Of a stretch of 64,000 nucleotides of DNA, positions 51,917-62,470 are shown piece after piece. Numbering within the stretch: the stretch's first letter is position 1; each line of letters starts with the position of its first letter. The DNA lies in the NCBI GenBank assembly GCA_038740615.1, contig JAVYLQ010000001.1, positions 13,865 to 77,864 on the forward strand, in the 5' to 3' direction. The translations under genes were made by a program, and so were the position numbers. This DNA is from Candidatus Anstonellales archaeon. Its GTDB lineage: Archaea > Micrarchaeota > Micrarchaeia > Anstonellales > J096. Below the pieces are notes generated by a model, which was not told where the DNA came from, did no database searches, and worked only from the letters and a program-made list of their open reading frames with translations.

Positions 51917-53191
51917 ATGGCAAAAACATATATGGATAACCAGAAGTATATGATAAGAGTATTGGTAGAGGTTAAAGGAAAAGCTAGTAAAGATGACATC
52001 ATAGGAGCAGTATTTGGTCAGACTGAAGGACTGCTAGGTAAGGATATGGATCTCAGAAACCTACAGGAACACGCTAAGATAGGTAGATTGGAACCAGAGG
52101 GTCAGATCACCTATTCTCCAGTTAACAACACCACTACAGCTATCTTCAATTTACCTTCTAGCTTGGATATAGAAAAAACTGTTATAATAGCAGCAGCTCT
52201 GGAAACTATAGATAAAGTAGGGCCTCATTCAGCTGTCTTTACTGTGGAGAAAATATCTGATACTAGACAGGAGAAACGTGCTAAAATCAAGAACAGAGCT
52301 AAAGAATTATTGCAGAAATTCTTAGAGGAGAAACAGATTGATGTTGGTGAGATAGAGAAGGAGCTTAGAGAGCATATAGCAAAGAAGAATATAATACAAT
52401 TGGTTCCAGGGAATGATAAAATAGTAGCTCATAAAGAATATGATCTTCAGGATAGTGTAATATTTGTAGAGGGCAAAGCTGATGTACAGAATCTAGTATA
52501 CTATGGTATTAAGAATGTAGTATCTGTAGGAGGAGTATCCGATGTAATTCCTGATAAGATCAAGGAGATAGCTAATAAAAAAGAGGTAATATTGTTCCTG
52601 GATGGAGATAATGGTGCTAAGAAAGTAGCTGAGAATCTAATAAGCAGAGGTGTGAAAATCGATTACATTGCTCAGGCTCCTGCTGGCAAGGAAGTTGAGG
52701 AACTAGTTGGTAAGGAGATCCATACAGCTCTGAGAAAGAAAAGATATGTTGGATCGATAGACTTCAGTAACAGAGATAATTTATATCAATTGATAGATTC
52801 AATACTCAAGGAGAGTGAACAAAATGAGCCAGAGGATACTGAAGACAAGCCAGAGCAGATTGCTGAACAGACTGCAGACACGGCAAAACCCCAGATCAAC
52901 CATGCATCTTATCTATCGAGTATAATCGGTAAGAAACAGGCTCTAATTCTATACCGAGATAATAATACAGAAATTACAGATATGAAAAATATAATTCCTA
53001 AACTTAAGGAGAAAGCTCAGGAGATTATGGCAATTTACATAGATGGATTAATACCTGATAGTGTGATATCTACTATTGCATCCACAAATGCAGAATACTT
53101 AGGAATAACTAATCCTAATGCAAAGTATACTATAAAATCCAAGCTGGGTAAGAATAATAAGAACATCAGGGTAGTGTCTCTAGATGATTGA
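51917..53191 (+). CDS. dnaG: archaeal DnaG (TOPRIM; exosome-associated)
   Basis: DIIGAVFGQTEGLLG, IAAALETID, VEGKADV, FLDGD, APAGKEVEEL; GAGGTGA SD. Confidence 0.95.
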   Translation: MAKTYMDNQKYMIRVLVEVKGKASKDDIIGAVFGQTEGLLGKDMDLRNLQEHAKIGRLEPEGQITYSPVNNTTTAIFNLPSSLDIEKTVIIAAALETIDKVGPHSAVFTVEKISDTRQEKRAKIKNRAKELLQKFLEEKQIDVGEIEKELREHIAKKNIIQLVPGNDKIVAHKEYDLQDSVIFVEGKADVQNLVYYGIKNVVSVGGVSDVIPDKIKEIANKKEVILFLDGDNGAKKVAENLISRGVKIDYIAQAPAGKEVEELVGKEIHTALRKKRYVGSIDFSNRDNLYQLIDSILKESEQNEPEDTEDKPEQIAEQTADTAKPQINHASYLSSIIGKKQALILYRDNNTEITDMKNIIPKLKEKAQEIMAIYIDGLIPDSVISTIASTNAEYLGITNPNAKYTIKSKLGKNNKNIRVVSLDD

Positions 53192-54080
53192 AATACAATT
53201 CTTAGGAACCTCATCTGGAATCCCATCTCTTACTAGAAACTTCCCATCAATCAGCATAAAAGATCTAAGATCTGGAGATATAAATCTGTTTGATGTGGGT
53301 GAGGGAACACAGAGACAGATTCTCAGATACGGTCTAGGCTTGGGTAAGATCCGTAGAATATTCATAAGCCACTTACACATAGATCACTTTCTAGGTTTAT
53401 ATGGATTAGTAGAAACGTATAAAGTTTATGGTATAGAATTACCTGAGATATATCTTCCAGATAGAATACCTTATATAGCTAGTGAATTCCCATTTAAATT
53501 CATCAGAGCCAAGACTCTCGTTGATTCAGAAAACTACAGGATAGATGCATTCAGAGTAAAACACATGAAAAATTCTTATGGGTTTGTGTTTGAGAGTAAG
53601 GGTATTAGGAAGTTTATACCCGAGAGAATAAAGGGACTAAATGACAGGGATTTTATCAATCTGAAGAGTAAGGGATACACAATAAAAGGTGAGAACATAG
53701 TAAAAATAGATGAGATCACTTATATACAGGCCGGGATTAGAATTCTATACACAGGCGATAGTATGTTCTATCCCGATCTAGTGAATATTATAGAGCATGC
53801 TGATGTAGTTATACACGACAGTACTTTCTTAGATGAGGATAGAGAGGCTAGAGATAAGAAACACTCTACTGCATTACAAGCTAGTGAGATGGCTAGATTG
53901 CTAGGAGCCAAACTTCTCATTCTAACCCATATCAGTAACAAATATGAATCTTGGAGAGATGAGGATATAATATCTAAAGTAGGTAATAGTGACATTCCTA
54001 TTGTAGTTGCAAGAGATGGTATGAAAATTACTCTAAAAAGAACGGATTCTGGAGATATAGAATATAATATAAAGATATAA
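53184..54080 (+). CDS. rnz: ribonuclease Z
   Basis: FLGTSS..P, DVGEGTQ, SHLHIDH, YTGD, HDSTF, HST, LTHIS. Confidence 0.94.
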   Translation: MIEIQFLGTSSGIPSLTRNFPSISIKDLRSGDINLFDVGEGTQRQILRYGLGLGKIRRIFISHLHIDHFLGLYGLVETYKVYGIELPEIYLPDRIPYIASEFPFKFIRAKTLVDSENYRIDAFRVKHMKNSYGFVFESKGIRKFIPERIKGLNDRDFINLKSKGYTIKGENIVKIDEITYIQAGIRILYTGDSMFYPDLVNIIEHADVVIHDSTFLDEDREARDKKHSTALQASEMARLLGAKLLILTHISNKYESWRDEDIISKVGNSDIPIVVARDGMKITLKRTDSGDIEYNIKI

Positions 54081-54116
54081 AAAGATTTCTATGTTATAAT
54101 AAAAGCAGGTGAGACT

Positions 54117-54404
54117 ATGCCTGAGAACAAACCAGAAAATGATAATGTAGTTCTAATCGGAAAGAAGCCTACAATAGGATATGTGTTAGCAGTACTAACA
54201 CAGCTCAGCCAGGGTGCAAAAGAGGTAATAATAAGAGCAAGAGGAAAGCAGATAGCAAGAGCAGTAACTGTTCTAGAGTTGCTAAAGAGAAAATACAGAC
54301 CAGATATAAAAACAAAGTCTATAACTACATCTACAGAAGATGTACCAAAAGAAGATGGAAAAGTGACAAAAGTCTCTGCTATAGAGATTATAGTAGAGGC
54401 TTAA
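54117..54404 (+). CDS. albA: chromatin protein Alba
   Basis: VLIGKKP..YVLAV, IRARG, VSAIEI. Confidence 0.94.
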   Translation: MPENKPENDNVVLIGKKPTIGYVLAVLTQLSQGAKEVIIRARGKQIARAVTVLELLKRKYRPDIKTKSITTSTEDVPKEDGKVTKVSAIEIIVEA

Positions 54405-54410
54405 TCCTTT

Positions 54411-55100
54411 CTATTTTTTCCCTTCCTTTTCCAATTCTTCATATCTCTTTCTGATCTTGTTGTATAATTCCTCTTTTATATCTCTACCAGCCATATCTGC
54501 TTTCATAGCTATAGAAAGTTTGGATGCAAGTGTTCTGGCCATTTTACCTCTAAGTCGTTTTGGTAATCTATTAACCCAAGGCGATAGATATAATATACCA
54601 TGTTTGGGTGGTTTTATTTTACCTTTGGATCGAATATGTTTAAAGAGTGCCTTTTCTGCACCGATAACCTGTATAGTTGATGCTGGCGCATTCACCAATT
54701 TATCATAACTACCCATTTTCTCTAACATCATAGCTACTATAAAAGGACCTACTAAATAGCTCGAATTAGGAAATCTACTCTGAATAAGTTGCTCTATCTT
54801 CTGCCTGATCTGCCGTTCCTCACGTCGTATGACATCGTATATATCGACAAATTCTCTGTAAACACTCTCATCAAATCCGTGTTTTCTAATTGATTCATAT
54901 ATCTGTGGGTCCTTAGGATCTTTCACATCTAGATACATAGAATTTTTAATCCACTCTTGTAATCTCTCTTCAAAGAGATTCTGAGTATCCTTTAGATCAT
55001 AATATGCTCTAATCAGATTAACTATATACTGATCCTCTGAAGGTTCCTGTAACTCTCTCTCCAATTTTTTCAAGAATTTCTTCTTTAAATCATCTCTCAT
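54411..55100 (-). CDS. nop5: Nop5 (Nop56/58) C/D RNP protein, N-terminally truncated
   Basis: N..EERLQEW, PASTIQVIGAEKALF, PPKHG, RGKMARTLASK. Confidence 0.9.
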   Translation of the reverse strand: MRDDLKKKFLKKLERELQEPSEDQYIVNLIRAYYDLKDTQNLFEERLQEWIKNSMYLDVKDPKDPQIYESIRKHGFDESVYREFVDIYDVIRREERQIRQKIEQLIQSRFPNSSYLVGPFIVAMMLEKMGSYDKLVNAPASTIQVIGAEKALFKHIRSKGKIKPPKHGILYLSPWVNRLPKRLRGKMARTLASKLSIAMKADMAGRDIKEELYNKIRKRYEELEKEGKK

Positions 55101-56347
55101 AGAAATAGATTCTTAATTAGGAATATTGGATCAGTAAGCTGTTTCTTATACTTAAGAGTATCCTCGGATACTATTGTGGAAGTGATCAATTCTTTTAATT
55201 CTCTCTTATGATTCACTCTGTTGAAGAAATGATTCAACAACCATCTAATGGAACCAAGTCTCTGAATCCTATACATTGTTTGGAGTTCTGGATCTAATTT
55301 CTCCTTTAATAGATCATCGTACATTTTCAATACTTTCTCTGAAAAGTCCCCTAATTCAAAAGCTTTTTTTATTGTTTGAGCTGCTAATTTAGATGATAGT
55401 AGTGCATTCCCTATACCCTCTCCTGTCAGAGGATCTATTAGAGCTGCAGCATCACCAACTAGGAGTAACCCATTGAAATATGGTTTTCTTCTCTTAGAAC
55501 CCAAAGGTAATGTCCAACCTATTATATTAGTTAATCTCTTAGCATTCTTAAATCTATCTTTAAATTTAGGGTGTTCATTTATCAATTTTTCCATGAGTTG
55601 GGTTAAATTAATCTTCTTGTTTCTCATGTCTCTATCCAACATTCCAATACCAACGTTAGCTTTCTTACCTTCTAGAGGGAATATCCAGAAGTATCCAGGT
55701 AATGCCTCTTCTACAAAATGTATTTCTATTACCTCTCTCATTCCCTCCACTCCATCGTAATATGCTCTTACAGCAGAAACATAATGATCTGGATCTCTGA
55801 ATGCAACTCCTGCCTTGTTAGCTACTACTGAAGCAGCACCATCCGCCCCAACTATTATTTTTGCTCTAAACTCATGTATATTTCCAGAATTATCTTTAGC
55901 CAATACACCTACGTAATTATCATTCTCTTTTATCAGATCAAACACAGTCATTTGCTCATAGGCGTCCAAACCCTCTATTTTCTTAGCATTTTGATATAGA
56001 AAATTATCGAAATCAATTCTTCTAACAACAGCTCCATGAGGCTTGGCATCAGGTTTTTCCTGTCTAGAATCTACTATAAGATCGACGCCATTAGGTCCAC
56101 TCATCCACACACCATATCCTGGTCCATGTGGTAATTTGAATAACTCATCAAACAGACCTAGTTCCTTAAGAATTGTAGAAGATTTACCACTTACTCCATC
56201 ACCACACACCTTATCTCTAGGAAACTTTTGCTTATCCAATAGAGCGATCTTCAATCCACTATCTCTAAGATGAAGAGCTGTTCCAGACCCACCAGGACCC
56301 GCCCCAACTATAACTACATCATATTCATGTAGTATGTTCTGACTCAT
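55097..56347 (-). CDS. geranylgeranyl reductase family flavoprotein
   Basis: GAGPGG, FPRDKVCGDG, GADG, PGYFWIFP, VGDAA..DPLTGEGI. Confidence 0.88.
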   Translation of the reverse strand: MSQNILHEYDVVIVGAGPGGSGTALHLRDSGLKIALLDKQKFPRDKVCGDGVSGKSSTILKELGLFDELFKLPHGPGYGVWMSGPNGVDLIVDSRQEKPDAKPHGAVVRRIDFDNFLYQNAKKIEGLDAYEQMTVFDLIKENDNYVGVLAKDNSGNIHEFRAKIIVGADGAASVVANKAGVAFRDPDHYVSAVRAYYDGVEGMREVIEIHFVEEALPGYFWIFPLEGKKANVGIGMLDRDMRNKKINLTQLMEKLINEHPKFKDRFKNAKRLTNIIGWTLPLGSKRRKPYFNGLLLVGDAAALIDPLTGEGIGNALLSSKLAAQTIKKAFELGDFSEKVLKMYDDLLKEKLDPELQTMYRIQRLGSIRWLLNHFFNRVNHKRELKELITSTIVSEDTLKYKKQLTDPIFLIKNLFL

Positions 56348-56397
56348 GAGTTTATTAAGAAAAATAGCTATTTAAAGATATCGAATATGCTATATAT

Positions 56398-57144
56398 ATG
56401 CTGCTTAAGTTCTCATTTTTAGGTTCAGAATATGATTTCGATGAAGCTAAGTATATAATAATACCTGTTATCTATGGAAAACCCTTATCAAGAGAGGCAG
56501 CGATAGGGATTATTCGCCAATCATTAAATCTTCCAGGTTACAACAATAGATATGGAATACGATATAACGATATTCCGGTTTATACATTTGATCTTGTCAT
56601 CCCTTCTATAGATCCTTCCAAAGCTATGCGCGAATTACATAATATTTTAGATTATATTCTGTCCAAAAACAAAATTCCAATAATGATTGGTGGGGATCAC
56701 TCGATCACAATATCTACTGTAGGTTTATTTAACAGATATATTCTTGTAGATGCTCATCTGGATTTATATTCTGAGTATGAAGGTAGTGAATACAGTCATG
56801 CATGTGTTGGTAGAAGATTGATCGAATATTCGGAGGAAATCTATTACTATGGGGTGAGGGTTGTAGAGCCCGAAGAATTAGATATTGCATATAAAACTCT
56901 AGATAGATTAGAAATAGATAGATTCTATCTATCTGTGGATCTTGATGTGTTGGATCCTATTTATGTAGATACAAATGTCCCAAGTTATGGAGGCAAATCA
57001 TATGGAGAATTGTTAGAATTTATAGAAGGAATAACTGGTAAGATGGTGTTAGGTATGGATTTCGTAGAAACAGTAGATAATCCAAAAAGCACCTATCTCA
57101 CCGCCGATTTGATCGCAAATACTTTAGCTATTCTAGAGAGTTAA
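56398..57144 (+). CDS. speB: agmatinase/arginase family ureohydrolase
   Basis: GGDHS, DAHLD, SHAC, SVDLDVLDP. Confidence 0.85.
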   Translation: MLLKFSFLGSEYDFDEAKYIIIPVIYGKPLSREAAIGIIRQSLNLPGYNNRYGIRYNDIPVYTFDLVIPSIDPSKAMRELHNILDYILSKNKIPIMIGGDHSITISTVGLFNRYILVDAHLDLYSEYEGSEYSHACVGRRLIEYSEEIYYYGVRVVEPEELDIAYKTLDRLEIDRFYLSVDLDVLDPIYVDTNVPSYGGKSYGELLEFIEGITGKMVLGMDFVETVDNPKSTYLTADLIANTLAILES

Positions 57145-58225
57145 TTATATCTCTCCATCTACTCGCAATAACCTCTGGACTGAATTTCTCTCTTACATAC
57201 CTCTCTCCAGGAACCCTATCATACTCTTCCAATAACATAGGTAAACTCTCTACCCAGACCTGTCCCTCTCTAGAGTTAACATCTGTTGCCACAGGCAATA
57301 GAGCACCTAACTCAGTTCTGTAAGGGTATTCTGGTCGGAATTCAAAATCATATATTCCTAATGCCTCTCTAGATCCATATTTATAATCAGAAGTAAATAC
57401 AGGTATATTCAGGGACAATGCCTCTAATAGCACAATACCAAACCCTTCCATTACTGAAGTATGTATATATGCCTTTGCACCTTTAAGATAAACATACGGA
57501 TTATTGGTCTTGAATATATAAACATCTGCCTCCTCATCTGGAGACCTACCCACTCTGAATCCACGGGATTTTGCCAAATTTATCAATTCATTCTCCAAAG
57601 GCCCATATCCTAAGATCAGAAGTTTTAGATCATTCCTATTCCTAATCTTACTATAAACGTCTATTAGAAACTTCTGATTTTTAAGATCCACGTATCTTCC
57701 GATGTTTATGATATATCCCTCATCTAAATATTTACCACGTGTTGCCTGATCTTTAATATAATCTAAATCAATAGGATTATGAATTGTTATCGTATTTGGG
57801 TTCTCATATCTACGGATAGCGTCAACCCTCATATGTTCTGACACACATACAATCCTATCCGCTGACTTGAATACTTGTTTCTCGAATGGGATTTTTCGAT
57901 TTAAGTTTAAATGATGTATCACCATTATCGCTTTGGTTCCAAGAGAGTTCTTCATAATAAAATTTAAAAAATTGGATTGATTGAGATGTGAAATTATTAC
58001 ATCATTCACTGCAAAAAATTTTCTAGCCTTTAAGAGAAAAACAGGCATATACAGATAAGTTAAGATACCGCTCATTCTCTTAGTTCTAATCAATGGTGTG
58101 TATTTGACATCTAATTGCATAGAGTTATCATATAGTGTAAATATTTCCATATCCAAATATTTCGATAGAGTAATCAGTGATCTCTCTGCACCTCCTAGTT
58201 CTAGAGAATTTATTAGCATTTTCAT
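57128..58225 (-). CDS. glycosyltransferase family 4
   Basis: LGGAER, IHNPID, IGR...KN, EGFGIVLLEAL. Confidence 0.92.
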   Translation of the reverse strand: MKMLINSLELGGAERSLITLSKYLDMEIFTLYDNSMQLDVKYTPLIRTKRMSGILTYLYMPVFLLKARKFFAVNDVIISHLNQSNFLNFIMKNSLGTKAIMVIHHLNLNRKIPFEKQVFKSADRIVCVSEHMRVDAIRRYENPNTITIHNPIDLDYIKDQATRGKYLDEGYIINIGRYVDLKNQKFLIDVYSKIRNRNDLKLLILGYGPLENELINLAKSRGFRVGRSPDEEADVYIFKTNNPYVYLKGAKAYIHTSVMEGFGIVLLEALSLNIPVFTSDYKYGSREALGIYDFEFRPEYPYRTELGALLPVATDVNSREGQVWVESLPMLLEEYDRVPGERYVREKFSPEVIASRWRDIINSLE

Positions 58226-59823
58226 TCTACAGTCACCGCTTTAGCTAAAAATCTTGGTTTGTCAGGATCTCTCCCCAAACCAACAGCCATATTATATGCT
58301 AATCTTTGCAAATATACTATCGCAGCAATATGGAAATAGTTTGGAGTTAAAAAATTCGGATCTATAAGAAATACTTTACTGCCTCTAGCAACAATCTCCT
58401 TGTAGTTATTAATAGCACTCTGATAACTCTCATCATTCCCATGGATAAATACTGTTTGTGAGTTCTCATCAAAAAGACTTAGTGGTCCATGCTTCATCTC
58501 CCCTGCTGCAAATGCCTCAGCATGTACATAACTTATCTCTTTCAGTTTTAGAGCCCCTTCCATAGCAATTGGATAATTTATACCTTTACCAACAAAGAAG
58601 GTTTTTTTCGTTGGATCTAGCTGGATAAGATCTTTTCTAAGAGCTATATCAATTGCCTGTTTTATTTCATTAAGATCAAATCTACCAATAAGCTTATAAC
58701 CAAATAGAACCTGAGTTAAGAATGTTTTAGTAGCAGCCACCCCAATTTCTATTCCAGCATTCATGGGGATTACATAATCAGAGATTGCAGCTAATGTTGA
58801 ACCTAAATAGTTGGTTAAAGATAACACTTTAGCCCCTTTGGATTTTGCATAATTAACTGAATTAATAGTATCTATAGTTTCTCCACTCTGACTGATAGTG
58901 AAAATATATTTTGAAGGTTTAGTGACCAGATATGGGTACTCAGATGAAATGTAAGGGATTATATTGAACTTTGTCAGATACTTTATGAATAATATAGCAT
59001 GATAGCTACTACCTGCAGCTATTCCATCAACTCGGTTTTTTCTGAGTATTTCCCTAATGCTCTTCAGATCTCCAGGTAGTATTGATTCAACAATATCTCT
59101 CTGCTCATGTATTTCCTTTAGCATGAAATGCGGATATTCCCCTTTTATAGCTGATTCAAAATTGCCCTCAAATACTCTAACTGGTCTCTCTATTACGATA
59201 CCATTATTAAATATCTTATACCCTCCCTGCTCTATATAACCATAATCACCGTCTTCTAATCTTATATATTCTCTTGTATATTTTATGAATGCTGCTATAT
59301 CCGAAGCTAAAAACATTTCCCCATATCCCACACCAATTATTAGAGGAGTTCCTCTTTTTGCAAAATATACTCTACTGTTATCGTTTTCAAGTATGATTGC
59401 CAAACTATACACCCCATCTAGAGAATTGGATAATCTATATAAAGCCCTCAAAATATCTTTTTCCTCCTCCAGGTATAAATTGAGAAGTGCTGCAATCCTC
59501 TCTGTATCGGTATCTGATTTTAAATCTGGAAATTCAGGTAGATCTACGGTTCCGTTATGAACTAATACTATTTTACCATATTTATGGGGGTGAGCATTCC
59601 TCTCCTCTATACCCCCATGTGTTGCCCATCTAGTATGAGCAATAACCGGTGATCTCAACGTTTCTGGAATCTTTGGTATAAATTCATCAACTTTACCAAC
59701 TGATCTTATTAATCTACCATCGTACAATCCTACAGAATCATATCCTCTATATTCTATTGCTTTCAGACCATATAATATAAATTCTTTTGGTCTGTTACCA
59801 ACATATCCTAGTATCCCGCACAT
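58222..59823 (-). CDS. glmS: glutamine-fructose-6-phosphate transaminase (isomerizing)
   Basis: CGILG N-terminus, HTRWATHG, SQSGET, VAATK, EGALKLKE, LAKAVTVE. Confidence 0.96.
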   Translation of the reverse strand: MCGILGYVGNRPKEFILYGLKAIEYRGYDSVGLYDGRLIRSVGKVDEFIPKIPETLRSPVIAHTRWATHGGIEERNAHPHKYGKIVLVHNGTVDLPEFPDLKSDTDTERIAALLNLYLEEEKDILRALYRLSNSLDGVYSLAIILENDNSRVYFAKRGTPLIIGVGYGEMFLASDIAAFIKYTREYIRLEDGDYGYIEQGGYKIFNNGIVIERPVRVFEGNFESAIKGEYPHFMLKEIHEQRDIVESILPGDLKSIREILRKNRVDGIAAGSSYHAILFIKYLTKFNIIPYISSEYPYLVTKPSKYIFTISQSGETIDTINSVNYAKSKGAKVLSLTNYLGSTLAAISDYVIPMNAGIEIGVAATKTFLTQVLFGYKLIGRFDLNEIKQAIDIALRKDLIQLDPTKKTFFVGKGINYPIAMEGALKLKEISYVHAEAFAAGEMKHGPLSLFDENSQTVFIHGNDESYQSAINNYKEIVARGSKVFLIDPNFLTPNYFHIAAIVYLQRLAYNMAVGLGRDPDKPRFLAKAVTVE

Positions 59824-59859
59824 TGATTTAAAATAGATGTTTTGAATTAAAAAGTTTAT

Positions 59860-60702
59860 ATGTACATTGGTTATCCATGTGTGAATTATACTATCAAAAG
59901 ATCTACAAATAATACGTTTAAACTTAGTTCATACAGTCATCAGAAAGTAAGAGAGACTGTGCAAAAGAATATAGATCATTTCTGGGACATTCTGAAGTTT
60001 AATCTTAGATATGATATTAAATTTTTTAGATTGGGTTCTCAGTTCATCCCGTTCGCAAGCCATGATATTTTTGATTTTAATTGGCAGGATGAATTTAGAG
60101 ATCAACTAGAGGAACTTGGCGAATTTATAAGAGAACACGAATTTTTCATTACCATGCATCCTGGACAATATGTGGTTCTCAACTCCAAAAATCAGGATGT
60201 AATTCGGAGAAGCATAAGGGAATTAGAGTGGCACGCAGATCTATTGGATTTAATGAAAATAGATGGTTTGATACAGATACATATCGGAGGAATTTTCGAT
60301 AACAAACCTGAAGCTATAAATAGATTTCTAAATTCTTATAATAGCTTACCCTATAAAGTAAGAAGGAGATTGGCTATTGAGAATGATGATAGATTATATA
60401 ATTTTGAAGATGTTCTAATGATAGCGAGATCTACAGGAGCGCATATTGTATTTGATGTATACCATGATAGGATAAATCCATCAAATTACTCATTACAGGA
60501 GATTTTAGATATTCTAAAAGATAATCTGATTATAGACTATAGTTCTGGTGATGATAGAGGGAAACATGCCGACACACTAGATGCCTATGATTTTCTTCAG
60601 TTCTATAGAACTGTAGAAGGATATAATCCAAAAATAATGTTTGAGATCAAGGACAAGGAAAAAAGTGTGCTAACGGCTAAAGATCTAATAAAAACAAAAT
60701 AG
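59860..60702 (+). CDS. uvsE: UV DNA damage endonuclease
   Basis: IGYPCVN, PFASH, MHPGQYVVLNS, IHIGG, IENDD, FDVYH, MFEIKDKE. Confidence 0.95.
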   Translation: MYIGYPCVNYTIKRSTNNTFKLSSYSHQKVRETVQKNIDHFWDILKFNLRYDIKFFRLGSQFIPFASHDIFDFNWQDEFRDQLEELGEFIREHEFFITMHPGQYVVLNSKNQDVIRRSIRELEWHADLLDLMKIDGLIQIHIGGIFDNKPEAINRFLNSYNSLPYKVRRRLAIENDDRLYNFEDVLMIARSTGAHIVFDVYHDRINPSNYSLQEILDILKDNLIIDYSSGDDRGKHADTLDAYDFLQFYRTVEGYNPKIMFEIKDKEKSVLTAKDLIKTK

Positions 60703-60720
60703 GTTATGAATACAGCAATG

Positions 60721-60806
60721 TGCAGGGGGTGGGATTTGAACCCACGAACCCACAACGGGACCAGGTCTTAAGCCTGGCGCCTTTGACCAGACTTGGCTAC
60801 CCCTGC
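60721..60806 (-). tRNA. tRNA-Leu(TAA)
   Basis: GCAGGGG/CCCCTGC acceptor, CCAGG-CTTAAGA-CCTGG anticodon arm, long variable arm, TTCAAAT; CCA not encoded. Confidence 0.96.
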
Positions 60807-60860
60807 TCAATTTATTTTTCAGATCTGTATTTTAAAAAATATCACAATAAATATTCATAT

Positions 60861-61265
60861 ATGAAATATTTAAAAATCCCTATCAAACCCATATATCCAG
60901 ATGCTAGTAGGATAAATTCGATAGAAGATATATCTAATCTTCTAGTAGACATATTAGGCCTAGGTCGTAGTAAAGTGGTTAGATACATAATCAGAAGACT
61001 GATAGAGGCAAAACTATCAAGAACACATGTTACAATAGATCAATTATACATAGAATCCAGATTGAATAGAAAATCTCTGTATTACCATATGAAAAGATTA
61101 CAGAGGTTAGGTATAGTAAATAGAGAGAATAAAGCTTACTTCTTAGGAGAAACTGTAGACCAGCCCTTGAAATCATTTCTGGAAAATCTATATAAGAGCA
61201 AATTAGATCGGATGGTAGAGACAATCTCCCAGATACTAGCTATTGCTTCAAATCGTTTCGGATAA
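60861..61265 (+). CDS. winged-helix DNA-binding protein
   Basis: TIDQLYIESRLNRKSLYYHMKRLQRLGIVNRENKAYFL; real start ATG 60861 (track start overlaps the tRNA). Confidence 0.8.
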   Translation: MKYLKIPIKPIYPDASRINSIEDISNLLVDILGLGRSKVVRYIIRRLIEAKLSRTHVTIDQLYIESRLNRKSLYYHMKRLQRLGIVNRENKAYFLGETVDQPLKSFLENLYKSKLDRMVETISQILAIASNRFG

Positions 61266-61761
61266 CTCTCTTCCCATTTTCAGAAGGAATTATAATTAGT
61301 TTGGGATTCTTAAACTCTGCTCTCTTACCTAAAATGTGTAACATAATCCCCAAAGCTGCTACTTCACTGTGAGGTTGATTACCTATGGCAATATTATAAT
61401 CAGAAATCGAATAGATTTCTCTGGGAACTCTACTACCACCTATTATTATAACCATCTTGTCTAAAGATCTTAGAGTCTGGATTTTCTCCTCTACAGGTAT
61501 TCCATACATAGTTAAATGAATAAGAACATACCCAGATTCCTTGTAATTTCTGAGAGTTTTCATGATGTCATCAGAATACTCTATCTCCATCGCCTGCCCC
61601 CACCTGGATTCCACATTCCTGATACTATTTTCAAGGGCTGTATCCCTGTCTCCAGAATAAATAAATTTTGATGCTCCAAATGCTCTTGCAACCAGAGCAC
61701 AGTGTGAAGTTATTCTCTGATCTCTAACTATCCTATGCCCTAATCTTACGATAACAATCAT
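61240..61761 (-). CDS. trm56: tRNA (cytidine56-2'-O)-methyltransferase
   Basis: RLGHR..RD.RIT.H.ALVARAFGA, HLTMYG, NQPHSEVAAL. Confidence 0.95.
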   Translation of the reverse strand: MIVIVRLGHRIVRDQRITSHCALVARAFGASKFIYSGDRDTALENSIRNVESRWGQAMEIEYSDDIMKTLRNYKESGYVLIHLTMYGIPVEEKIQTLRSLDKMVIIIGGSRVPREIYSISDYNIAIGNQPHSEVAALGIMLHILGKRAEFKNPKLIIIPSENGKRVIRNDLKQ

Positions 61762-61790
61762 ATTTTTTAATGATTCTATTCCTATTTAAA
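61762..61790. promoter_or_regulatory. interleaved divergent leaderless promoters of trm56 and uppS
   Basis: TTTTTTAA at 61763-61770 (for uppS) and TTTAAA at 61785-61790 (for trm56), each about 25 nt from the opposite start codon. Confidence 0.5.
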
Positions 61791-62470
61791 TGATGCATGT
61801 TGCTGTAATCCCAGATGGTAATAGAAGATGGGCTAGAAGTAGAGGACTGAGTCTAGAAGAGGGCTATGAGGCTGGAATAAAGAAGTTTGCAGAGTTCGTC
61901 AAGTGGTCTATAGAATTGGGAATCACCGAGATAACTGGGTGGGGAATGAGTTATGATAATTATAGGAACAGGGATAGAGAGGTTCTAGATAGTATAAAAA
62001 GAATTGTTAATAGGTATTACGAGGAGAATAAGAATAGGAAAGATGAGATTATGACAACTTACCCTATATTAAAAGATATAAATCTGAAGGTTTATGGATA
62101 TTTTGAAGAGTTAACAGATGAGGAAAGAGAGTATATAGAGTTGATAAACAACCAATTGAATGGTGAAAAATATAAGGTAAATATTTTGCTATTTTACAAT
62201 GGTAGAATTGAGATACTAAGTGCTGTTCGTAAGTTAGTTAATTCAGAAAAAATAGATCTAGATAGTCTGGAAAAGAACCTTATGCTGAAATCCAAGCCTG
62301 ATATAATAATAAGGACCGGGGGTAGGATAAGAACCTCGGGCTTTCTACCAATACAATCTGAGTATTCAGAATGGTTCTTCCTGGAGAAATTATGGCCAGA
62401 TTTTACCAGAGAGGATTATATTAAGATATTAAATGAATTTCAAACCAGAGAGAGAAATTTTGGAAGATGA
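61790..62470 (+). CDS. uppS: cis-prenyltransferase (polyprenyl diphosphate synthase)
   Basis: HVAVIPDGNRRWA, PDIIIRTGG..RTSGFL..QSEYSE, WPDF, RERNFGR. Confidence 0.95.
   Translation: MMHVAVIPDGNRRWARSRGLSLEEGYEAGIKKFAEFVKWSIELGITEITGWGMSYDNYRNRDREVLDSIKRIVNRYYEENKNRKDEIMTTYPILKDINLKVYGYFEELTDEEREYIELINNQLNGEKYKVNILLFYNGRIEILSAVRKLVNSEKIDLDSLEKNLMLKSKPDIIIRTGGRIRTSGFLPIQSEYSEWFFLEKLWPDFTREDYIKILNEFQTRERNFGR

Noticed and set aside
60720..60860. N-terminal extension of the HTH protein
   Set aside because: It is the antisense translation of tRNA-Leu; the real start is ATG 60861.
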